Positions 9,701 to 17,366 of a stretch of DNA of 64,000 bases are shown in pieces. Position 1 is the first letter of the stretch; each line of letters opens with the position of its first letter. Position numbers and translations under genes: made by a program. The stretch is from assembly GCA_043799545.1 (NCBI GenBank), contig JAZDNO010000004.1:73178-137177 (forward strand). Direction: 5' to 3'. This stretch comes from Methanobacteriota archaeon (lineage in GTDB: Archaea; Thermoplasmatota; Thermoplasmata; SG8-5; DAIRED01). Below the pieces are notes generated by a model, which was not told the origin of the DNA, made no database searches, and saw only the letters and a program-made list of their open reading frames with translations.

Positions 9701-11561
9701 CGTCCTTCCCGGGCAAGTCTTGGTCGACCCCCCACATTGCATCCAAACCCGCGTAATCGTTCCAGTAGTTGCCGCCCCGGGGATATGGCGCACTCCAGTC
9801 GTTATTTAATTGGTTGTCCATACCCTGCGCCACGTTATCGATTAGGTTGTTATTGTATATCAGGTTGTAGTCCGAAGAACCGATGTATATGCCTGTGTTG
9901 GTGCTGTCTGATATGGTGTTGTTCCTCACTTGGTTCTCAGTTCCTGAGGAAAGGTGTACGCCCATGGCGTTGCCTGTGAACGTGTTATCCGCGATGGTGG
10001 CGTAGGACGAAGGGAGAAGCAAGACGCCCGACTGACCATTCACGTCGAACGTATTGTCCGTAATATTGATCCAAGAAGTAGTCTCAAGCCATATGCCATC
10101 CTGAACGTTGTTATGGATGTCATTGGAAACGATCCAGCTTGCAGTGATGCCGTTCATGTGGATGCCCCTGTCATTGTACGAGATGTTGCAATTTGTCACT
10201 GTGTTTCGATCCGAATTAGCTGTAGTCTCCAAACCGCAACCGTCGTTGTTGGACAGTGTGCATTTGGTGATGTTGTTCCACTCTGAGTCCTGAAGGAAGA
10301 CGCCGTTTCCGGTGTTGTTCGCGAATGTGCAGTTTATTATGCGGTTTCTATCGGACTGGCTGTTGAGAACTAAGCCTTGGAGCGCGTTCCCCATCGCGCT
10401 GTCGCGCACAGTGTTCAATCTGCTCGTGAGGAAGTATGCCCCGGACCCGGTGTCTCGCGACGTGACGTCGGATATCTCGTTGTTGTCTGAATAATACAGC
10501 GTGATTCCGTGAGTCTGGTTGTGGAGAGCCAGGTTGGAAATCCTTCCATTTTGCAGATTGTAAAGGTCGACCCCGGAGTTCGGCCGGAAAACGTCCAGAC
10601 CGCCACTCGCATTATACAATGAGCAGTTCGAAATAACGAAGTATTCGGTCGTGTTGCCTATGTATATGCAGCATCCCGCCCCGGTCCCGTTGATGTCCCA
10701 GTTCTCGATCGTCCAGGGATTCCAAACGGTACCGTTCCCCGTCGCCCAGTTTACGACGCCGTGCCCAGCGTCGAAATCGCCATCGGAGTCGATGCGGATG
10801 GGCAGATGTGGCGTCATGCTGAATCTGGTGTAGCTCTCCCAGATTTCTGTGGCGTTGAGGGCGCGGGACCAGATGCGAACCTCGTCGATTGAACCGTTGA
10901 AAAAAGCGGCAGTTCCAAACTCGCAACCAATGTTTAACGTTTCAGTGCATCCCTCGGTTCCTGGTGTTGAGCTAGAACTTGTGTTCACTAACATTCCATC
11001 AAAGTATAACCTTAATAGCTCGTCGGTAGCGTTCTTTGTTGCGGATACGTGATGCCACCTGCCATCATTTGCTGACACTGATGCAGAAGCAGACACTCCG
11101 GCATTGTACGATCGGAATGTCAGGTTGTTTCCAGTGTCTCTTATCTGAAATTCATATCCTGTGCCTGAGGGATCTCTTTTTCTCATTATCTGCATGAAAG
11201 AAGTAGCTGGATTGTTTAATTTAATCCACGCCTCAGCGGTAAAACCAGCACCGGCACCGCCGATATTTAGGGCAGGGTTATGGCTCACATTCACATAATC
11301 ATTTAGACCATCGAATTCCAATCCATTTTCAGAAATTCCGGGAACCCATGCCGGTCCTTTCATAAGCGTCCCGTCGTTTCCGTTGCCGCTCGTGTCGTAT
11401 GCAACCGTACCTGCCCCCTCGTTGAACTTCCACTCCGCGACCAGCGATGGATCAACCATCGCTGATGTCTCAGCATTCGCGGCTTCGCTGGATGGAATTA
11501 TCACGACAACCGCGCTCGCCACCATCATCAGCCCCAAAACCGCCGCCAACAGCCTGTTCAT
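6705..11561 (-). CDS. Large membrane-anchored surface protein (signal peptide, LamG, NosD/CASH beta-helix, Ig-like repeats, C-terminal TM)
   Basis: 1618 aa; hydrophobic N-terminus; LVAEWKFNEG..FNGSIDEVRIW (LamG); GI.L..S..N repeats and GNYWNDY..DGLGD.PY..D.YPL (NosD); repeated IEYxxxDxxGN Ig-like units; WWIIIIVLMAAMALIYVMI TM. Confidence 0.9.
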   Translation of the reverse strand: MNRLLAAVLGLMMVASAVVVIIPSSEAANAETSAMVDPSLVAEWKFNEGAGTVAYDTSGNGNDGTLMKGPAWVPGISENGLEFDGLNDYVNVSHNPALNIGGAGAGFTAEAWIKLNNPATSFMQIMRKRDPSGTGYEFQIRDTGNNLTFRSYNAGVSASASVSANDGRWHHVSATKNATDELLRLYFDGMLVNTSSSSTPGTEGCTETLNIGCEFGTAAFFNGSIDEVRIWSRALNATEIWESYTRFSMTPHLPIRIDSDGDFDAGHGVVNWATGNGTVWNPWTIENWDINGTGAGCCIYIGNTTEYFVISNCSLYNASGGLDVFRPNSGVDLYNLQNGRISNLALHNQTHGITLYYSDNNEISDVTSRDTGSGAYFLTSRLNTVRDSAMGNALQGLVLNSQSDRNRIINCTFANNTGNGVFLQDSEWNNITKCTLSNNDGCGLETTANSDRNTVTNCNISYNDRGIHMNGITASWIVSNDIHNNVQDGIWLETTSWINITDNTFDVNGQSGVLLLPSSYATIADNTFTGNAMGVHLSSGTENQVRNNTISDSTNTGIYIGSSDYNLIYNNNLIDNVAQGMDNQLNNDWSAPYPRGGNYWNDYAGLDAMWGVDQDLPGKDGLGDAPYDVDGNTQDRYPLIHAFGSVSIAHIRMNTGAGNSGENLTDTVADVGFSGDVFASAYDANWTYLFDANVTWSLQNFSGASASLTGAWGLNNTLSSGAATGYAHMTVVYAPGINYTINITINRYFPDLSIDGVGGNIFQDPPGPEQTMTRGIGINGARSYSASATNNGTAPDRFTLMWVTTGLNGGWNATLYCHWNGTTIDANFGTIVLDLGNLNPGQSANFSMNVTSPANASWGDMRSVGLGLFGGNATNHDSFGVTSQIWTPDAIQIVHPSNGTEIGTVYVDGGQAVMARAIASNVTGGDLGPISVAWSVAPVLGTFDNATGPNSTFTAGYTGGWTIVTGTDSTWGSDSFTVFITGDSTAPSSGCDVTGAYWRTTTPITLTATAIDASPSSGIANVELFYRYGAINGTWTVPWTSAGIDNAALWSWPFNFPDGQGFYEFYTIATDKLGQTEAAQAVADLRHGFDSDAPATTISIGTPKNGTATVYVNRSTPFNLTATTDLSGVAAIKYRIWDGGWSGLNIYTGNFTLEDQIGIAYIEYFSIDLAGNQEAPNNVTVWPDEEPPVVTLTITAPRFGLNPVCIMPSTVFNLTATDAGSGVAGMWYRIDSGAWVAYSGNFALTASGAHNISVMASDNIGQNSTLDTFYVFVDTIVPVTSVEIGAPSYGTAPVYISSSTQINLTANDSGAGVDLIRFRVYRDSTGTWTSWATYSGPLNFSTAGAYAIEYRALDNLGNTEAIKKLDIIVDLSAPAIDATVGSPKYGNAPTYITTATSLTLAASDSGSGVAEMRYSVDAGAWTAYSVALTFATEGAHAIRYYAADNLGHESAESTIEIFVDVTPPTASMSPTPTGGAIVLHAGENVTLMAIDADVGGATIFYSLDGGTTWSQYTAPLVFDADATLMFYAEDALGNRAATHTVSIDVTGGGVGGGGFGDYWWIIIIVLMAAMALIYVMIRKKGKDAGQDAEEDPKAPDEMAEDVSGDSPDPGKGENSPGP

Positions 11562-11643
11562 CGCCTCACCTACTAAGGCGTTAAAGGGGCAACGGCGTTA
11601 ATAGCTTTTCCTCGCACGAAACCTCATCGGGCCAGCTTTTCGC

Positions 11644-14430
11644 TCAGAACGTCCCCCAGATTGCGTTCAGCTCCTCCGGCTTCTTCAGCGCCGCCTGCGC
11701 GGCCGCGAACCGCGCGACCGGCACCCTGTACGGCGAGCAGCTCACATAGTCCACGCCGATTGTGTGAACGAAGCCTATCGATTTCGGCTCTCCACCGTGC
11801 TCGCCGCAGATGCCTATCTTCAGTCCAGGCTTCGTCCTGCGCCCGAACTGCACGGTGATGGCCATCAGGCGCCCGACTCCCTTCTGGTCGAGCACCTCGA
11901 ACGGGTTGTCTTTCAGGATCTTGCGCTCGTTGTACAGCGGCAGGAAGGTGTTCTCCGCGTCCTCGCGGCTGAACGAGAAGACGGCCTGGGTCAGGTCGTT
12001 CGTGCCGAAGGAGAAGAAGTCGGTCATCTCCGCGATCCGCCCGGCGCGCATGCACGACCTCACGACCTCAATCATCGTGCCGAACTTCATGGGAATCTTC
12101 AGGCCGTAGGCCTTCTCGACAGCCTCCTTCTCCTCCATCAGTTGGCTGTTCACCCACGCCAGCTCGTCCTTGGTGCAGACCTGCGGTATCATTATCTGCG
12201 GCTCGACCTTCGAGCCGTCCTTGATTCTCTCGGCCGCAGCCTCGCATATCGCGCGCATCTGCATCCTATAAATCTCGGGGTACGTTATCGCCAGGCGTAC
12301 GCCGCGGTGGCCGAGCATCGGGTTGACCTCCATGAGGTTCCGCACCTTGGCGAGCATCGAGAGCTTCACGCCCAGGGTCTTCTGGGCAATCTCCTGCTCG
12401 TGTATCATCTCCGTTTCCTTTGAAAGCCTGTGGACGACGGACTTTGCCTCGTCCGGGAGGGGCACCAGGTCCACCGCCCCGGACAGGGACTTCATGAAGT
12501 TCAGCCACTCCACGAACTTCTCCAGGTTCGCCACGTCGGCGTTCAGCTCGTCCACGCTGGGCAGGAACTCGTGAAGCGGGATGTCCAGCAAACGTATGAC
12601 AACGGGCTTCTCCCCCATCACTTTGTATATCTCGATGAAGTCCTTCTTCTGGAACGGCATCAGCCTGTCCAGCGCGTGCTTGCGCCCCTCGGCGTCGTCG
12701 GCCAGAATCATCTCGACCACTATGGGAAGCCGGTCGGTCGCGTTGAACATCCTCTCCGTCCTGCAGAGGCCGATGCCCTCGGCACCGAACTTCTTAGCCG
12801 CGAGCGCTTCCGCCGGCGTCGAGGCGTTCGCCCACACCCCCAGGCGGCGCATCTCGTCCGCCCACTTGAGAATCCTCTCGGCCTCCTGGGAGAGGTCGGG
12901 CTCGATGGTGTCTATCTGGCCCACCATCACGAGCCCCTCAGTGCCATCGATTGTCACCCAGCTCCCCTCCCGGACCGTCGCCCCGCCAGCAGAGAACGAT
13001 GCCTTCTCTATCAAAAGACCCTCGCAGCCGCTGACGCAGGGCTTCCCCATGCCGCGAGCGACCACCGCCGCGTGGCTGGTCTTGCCCCCCCGCGCGGTCA
13101 TTATGCCCTCTGCGGCGAAGAATCCATGAATGTCGTCCGGCTTGGTCTCGACTCTGACTAGAACGACCTTCTCCCCGCGCTTGTGCCAGGCCTCCGCATC
13201 ATCTGCGGTGAAAACGACCCTTCCCACGGCCGCTCCGGGCGACGCGGGCAAACCCTTGCATACGGGCTTTACTGGAACCTTTGGGTCGAGCCTCCTGTGC
13301 AACAGATGTCCAATCTGGTTCGGGTCCACCCGGAGAATCGCCTCCTTTTTTGTTATGAGCCCCTCGTCCACCATGTCGACCGCCATCTTGATGGCGGCTT
13401 GCGCGGTCCTCTTGCCGTTCCTGGTCTGGAGGATGAAGAGCTCGCCGCGCTCGATTGTGAACTCGAAGTCCTGCATGTCCTTGAAATGCGCTTCCAGCGC
13501 GGGGTAAAGCTTCCGGAGCTGCTCGAACTGCTCTGGCATCTCGTTCTCCATCTCCGTGACCGGCTTCGGAGTGCGGATTCCGGCGACGACGTCCTCGCCC
13601 TGGGCGTTCCTCAGGTATTCGCCGTAATATTCCTTGATGCCGGTGCTGGGGCTCCTCGTGAAGCCCACGCCAGTCGCCGAGTCGTCGCCCAGGTTGCCGA
13701 ACACCATCATCTGCACGTTGACGGCCGTGCCCAGATCGTCCGGGATGTTGTTGAGCCTCCTGTACGTGATGGCCCGCGGCGTGTTCCAGGAATCGAAAAC
13801 AGATTTTATCGCGAGCTCCAGCTGCTCCATGGGCTCCGCGGGGAACGCCCTGCCAGCGTGCTCCTCCACAATCTTCAGGTAAGTCCCTACGAGCTCCTCC
13901 AGCGCCCCCTCGTCCAGCTCGACGTCAGTACTGGCCTTCTTCCTCTCCCTCAGCTTCTCGAGCTGTACTTCGAAGAGGTCCATGTTCACGTTCAGCACGA
14001 CCTCGCTGAACATCTGGATGAGCCTCCGGTAACAATCCAGGGCGAAGCGCCTGTCCCCTGAGAGCTTCGCAAGCGTCTCAACCGTGTCCGCGTTCAAGCC
14101 CAGGTTGAGGATGGTGTCCATCATCCCCGGCATCGAAGACGCAGCCCCGGAGCGCACCGAGACCAGCAGCAGGTTCTTCGAATCCCCGAACTTCTTTCCC
14201 GTCGAGGCTTCAAGCTTTTTAACGGAATCCGTCACCTGCTTCCACATCCCCTTCGGGAACTGGCGCCCGCTCTTCAGGAAGTGGACGCACGCCTCCGTTG
14301 TGATTGTGAAGCCCGGAGGGACGTTGAGCCCCTGCCTCGTCATCTCGGCCAGGTTCGCCCCCTTCCCGCCGAGCAAAGGCTTCATTCTCGCGTTCCCCTC
14401 GGAAAACATGTAGACGTATTTCGCCGGCAT
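11644..14430 (-). CDS. ppdK: Pyruvate, phosphate dikinase
   Basis: LLGGKGANLAEM, VSVRSGA..SMPGMMDTILNLG, GKTSHAAVVARG, GIGLCRTE, NPMLGHRGVR, FSFGTNDLTQ; start set at MPAKYVY (14430). Confidence 0.97.
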   Translation of the reverse strand: MPAKYVYMFSEGNARMKPLLGGKGANLAEMTRQGLNVPPGFTITTEACVHFLKSGRQFPKGMWKQVTDSVKKLEASTGKKFGDSKNLLLVSVRSGAASSMPGMMDTILNLGLNADTVETLAKLSGDRRFALDCYRRLIQMFSEVVLNVNMDLFEVQLEKLRERKKASTDVELDEGALEELVGTYLKIVEEHAGRAFPAEPMEQLELAIKSVFDSWNTPRAITYRRLNNIPDDLGTAVNVQMMVFGNLGDDSATGVGFTRSPSTGIKEYYGEYLRNAQGEDVVAGIRTPKPVTEMENEMPEQFEQLRKLYPALEAHFKDMQDFEFTIERGELFILQTRNGKRTAQAAIKMAVDMVDEGLITKKEAILRVDPNQIGHLLHRRLDPKVPVKPVCKGLPASPGAAVGRVVFTADDAEAWHKRGEKVVLVRVETKPDDIHGFFAAEGIMTARGGKTSHAAVVARGMGKPCVSGCEGLLIEKASFSAGGATVREGSWVTIDGTEGLVMVGQIDTIEPDLSQEAERILKWADEMRRLGVWANASTPAEALAAKKFGAEGIGLCRTERMFNATDRLPIVVEMILADDAEGRKHALDRLMPFQKKDFIEIYKVMGEKPVVIRLLDIPLHEFLPSVDELNADVANLEKFVEWLNFMKSLSGAVDLVPLPDEAKSVVHRLSKETEMIHEQEIAQKTLGVKLSMLAKVRNLMEVNPMLGHRGVRLAITYPEIYRMQMRAICEAAAERIKDGSKVEPQIMIPQVCTKDELAWVNSQLMEEKEAVEKAYGLKIPMKFGTMIEVVRSCMRAGRIAEMTDFFSFGTNDLTQAVFSFSREDAENTFLPLYNERKILKDNPFEVLDQKGVGRLMAITVQFGRRTKPGLKIGICGEHGGEPKSIGFVHTIGVDYVSCSPYRVPVARFAAAQAALKKPEELNAIWGTF

Positions 14431-14511
14431 TTCAATCCCGCCTTTCAATTCCACAATAAATCTACGGATATTATGGTTGCGCTCGCGCAACCGATGTCAA
14501 CCCGCCGTGGC

Positions 14512-17274
14512 TCAGCCACCGTTCTGCGCCACGAGCCCGCGAAGCGACGCCTCCGCCTCGGCCTTCTCGCCTAGCTCCGTTCCGTACAGGGGCAGGACCA
14601 GCTTGACCGCGTTCAGGATGTCCACGTCGTCCACCCGTCCCTCGCCGCGCAGCGCGGCCAAGACCCGTGCAACGTTCTGTATTCCCAGCTCCGCGGTGTT
14701 TCCACCAGCGCCCAGCTCGGCGCACATCCTCGCGGTCATGTCGAGCTGGCTCTCGCTAAGGGTCGAGCGCGCTAGCGCCTTGCGGGCGGATTCGAGCTGC
14801 TCCAGCGTCGCCGCCTTCTCCGCCTGGCTGACCTTGGCGAAGCTCTCCGGCGATTCGGAGAAGACCCGCGCGAACCTCTCGGCCTTCACTGAGATGCGCA
14901 GCGCATCCAGCTCGTCGTACTTTACTAGAGCGGACATGTGCTCCAGCAGCATCGGGTGCACCTCGCCGTCGGGGCTTCCCAGCGTGCCTATGATTGTGAA
15001 CCTGCACGGCACGTCGATGTCCGAGTCCTCGCCCTCGATGAAATTCCGTCCGGTGGCCAGCACCTCGGCGATGGACTCCGCCGCCTCGCTGGGAAGCTCG
15101 TCCACGCTCTCCACGAAGACCACGCCGCGGTGAGCCCTGGTGAGCAGGTTCGGCGTCAGCATGTAGTGCACGAATACCCGTCCCTTGAGCCTGTCCCGCG
15201 TGGCGGTGTGCGGGACATTTATCACTGGCATCTTGAGCTTCACTCGTTCCATCTCTCCCGAGTCGGCTTTTATCCTGCAATAGTTGCAATAAGCCTCTGG
15301 GTCGTCCGGGTCGCAGAGGAACCTGCAGCCCTTGACGGTATCGACCTCGAACCCCATGTCCTGGACGTACCTGAGGGCGTTCCGCACGGCCTCCGTGGAA
15401 AATCCGGAGAGCATCAGCCCCTTCACCAGCTCCGGCGAGGCGAAGGCCAGGAGGAGCTTCTCCTTCAGCACCTCGTTCTCCGCAACGGAGCGCGCGACGT
15501 TCATGAACTGCGCCGCCTGGCCTCCAGTCCCGTCCAGCTCCCAGAGGGGTTTGAGGGCCACCAGCGCGTTCGCGATGTCCAGGTCGTCGACCTGGGAGCG
15601 GATGCGTTTCGCCGCGAAGGTCTTGGCGAGCTTGTTGACCTTGCTGATGAAGTCCGGGTTAGCCGAATACCTCGAGGCTATGGACCAGACAACCTCCTCG
15701 GAGTATGCGCCAACCTTCATCCCGGGCACCATCTTCCGCGCCTTGATGACCTGGAAGATGGACTCCTTGCGCTGCCTGTCGAGCTGGCTCTCGAAGCGCG
15801 CCGGGTCGACGTCGTAGCCTTTGCGGTACGTCAGGCTCCTGGCGCTGGAGTAGAGGTCGTCGCCGGCCCCGATGTCCACCACGGCGTCCACGATGTCGGC
15901 GATGTGCGCAGACGGTTCGTAACCTGGCTCCGCCACGGCCACCAGCGTGAAGCGCGCGGGGAACCTCATCCTGTTGCCGTCCTTCTCCAGCTCGTAGAAG
16001 CCCCGCTTCAGCAGCGCGGCCGTGGCTTTCAGGAGCTTGCCATCCATGTCGGGCAGCTTCCCGGCGTACAGCATGCCCCTGTGCGCCTTTCCGATGAGAC
16101 CAGGCACGACGATGAACCTGATGTAAATCTCCCCCAGGAGGTCCCTCACGCTCCCGGATTTTGGCAGGGTCACGATGGGGTATGTCCAGAGCGACGTCGG
16201 TATCTCTTTCGACTTGTCTTCCACGTGGCCGGAATCTATGTATCGCAGCCTGCACGCGTGGCAGTAGTCCTCCGGATGGTCGGGCGAGCAGCCCACGTCG
16301 CATCCGGCGTTCGCCTTTATCTCCAGCGAGAGGTCGTCCAGGTACTTCATCACCTCCGCAACTATTTTGGTGTCTGCCCCCCTGAGTAGTATCCCGCGTA
16401 TGTCGGGGTTGACCAGCGCCCCCATAAGCGCCTGCAGCACGTCGTCGAAATGCATGAGGTCGTCCACGCTCTTGGAGCCCACGGCCTCGTCCGGGGGAAG
16501 CGCGTGGTGGTAGAACCCGCCCGAGACGCTGGCAATCTCGGTCGCGAGCTGGCTTCCCTCCTCGCTCACGTCTATTATCAAGGCCGGCACGGCCGCCTCG
16601 TTTATGGCGAGCGACGTCCCTTTAATCTCCCCGCGCACGTCCGCGCCAGGAACGATCGGCACGTTCGCCGTCCCGTCCGTGACTATGACCAGGAGCGGTC
16701 GCGTGTCCTTCTCTATCCTGAGCTTTGACTGGAGCGCCTCGAGGCCCTTCCTCATGCCCGCCGCGAGCGGGGTCGTCCCGCCGTACTGGACCCTTTCGAC
16801 GTAGGCCTGGCCCTTGTCGATGCTGGAGGTGAATGGAACGACCATGTCCGCCCCTCGTCCGAAGCAGGCGACGACGGAGATGCGGTCCCTCTTCTGGTAG
16901 GCGTCCATCATCAGCTCCCGCAGCGCCGCCTTGATTGCCATGATGCGCGAGTGCGTGACCATGGAGCTGCTGGTGTCCATGACGATGCAGATGAGGCTGG
17001 AAATCTTGCGCCTGCGCACCTTCTCCTTGTAGTCGCGCTTCTTGATTTCGAGTTTTCCGCCTGCTGAATGCATGATGGCGGATTTTATCGTCGGCAAAAG
17101 CGCTATGTCCTGGCAATCGGACGTCGAGGGGGTGCGGTAGCGGATGTAGCGCCCGATGCGCCCCACGGTCATGATGTCAGTGCGCCTCCCGGCCCGCACT
17201 ATGCCAGTGACGACGCGCTTGTTCTTCTTGTGGAGCAGCCCCCCCATTACCTTCTTGAGTTCCCCCTTGCTCAT
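14512..17274 (-). CDS. ChlD-like protein with N-terminal vWA domain followed by two degenerate ChlI-like AAA modules
   Basis: GRYIRYR..DIALLPTI..DTSSSM..GGTTPLAAG..VTDG (ChlD vWA, intact MIDAS) then two ALxNP..G.LL.G...GC..C.P..P..YC..C...PxLL..AHRG units lacking Walker A/B. Confidence 0.85.
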   Translation of the reverse strand: MSKGELKKVMGGLLHKKNKRVVTGIVRAGRRTDIMTVGRIGRYIRYRTPSTSDCQDIALLPTIKSAIMHSAGGKLEIKKRDYKEKVRRRKISSLICIVMDTSSSMVTHSRIMAIKAALRELMMDAYQKRDRISVVACFGRGADMVVPFTSSIDKGQAYVERVQYGGTTPLAAGMRKGLEALQSKLRIEKDTRPLLVIVTDGTANVPIVPGADVRGEIKGTSLAINEAAVPALIIDVSEEGSQLATEIASVSGGFYHHALPPDEAVGSKSVDDLMHFDDVLQALMGALVNPDIRGILLRGADTKIVAEVMKYLDDLSLEIKANAGCDVGCSPDHPEDYCHACRLRYIDSGHVEDKSKEIPTSLWTYPIVTLPKSGSVRDLLGEIYIRFIVVPGLIGKAHRGMLYAGKLPDMDGKLLKATAALLKRGFYELEKDGNRMRFPARFTLVAVAEPGYEPSAHIADIVDAVVDIGAGDDLYSSARSLTYRKGYDVDPARFESQLDRQRKESIFQVIKARKMVPGMKVGAYSEEVVWSIASRYSANPDFISKVNKLAKTFAAKRIRSQVDDLDIANALVALKPLWELDGTGGQAAQFMNVARSVAENEVLKEKLLLAFASPELVKGLMLSGFSTEAVRNALRYVQDMGFEVDTVKGCRFLCDPDDPEAYCNYCRIKADSGEMERVKLKMPVINVPHTATRDRLKGRVFVHYMLTPNLLTRAHRGVVFVESVDELPSEAAESIAEVLATGRNFIEGEDSDIDVPCRFTIIGTLGSPDGEVHPMLLEHMSALVKYDELDALRISVKAERFARVFSESPESFAKVSQAEKAATLEQLESARKALARSTLSESQLDMTARMCAELGAGGNTAELGIQNVARVLAALRGEGRVDDVDILNAVKLVLPLYGTELGEKAEAEASLRGLVAQNGG

Positions 17275-17366
17275 GTCGATACCTAATAAGTGGTTGGGGG
17301 TATTTCACGGCTTCGGTTGAGTGGAGGCGTAATCTGGCCGGCGCCTGGTATGGACGATTGGAGCCG

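Noticed and set aside
12330-12540. Insertion of about 40 aa in the PPDK C-terminal barrel
   Set aside because: Falls in a known length-variable loop region; not judged novel.
14938-16389. Long antisense or alternate-frame ORFs (also 35636-36709, 45193-46221, 49190-50434 and many others)
   Set aside because: Shadow ORFs of GC-rich genes with no recognisable motifs.
5639-17274. Chlorophyll or cobalamin synthesis inferred from ChlI/ChlD-like genes
   Set aside because: Motifs are degenerate and no ChlH/CobN or pathway genes are in the window.
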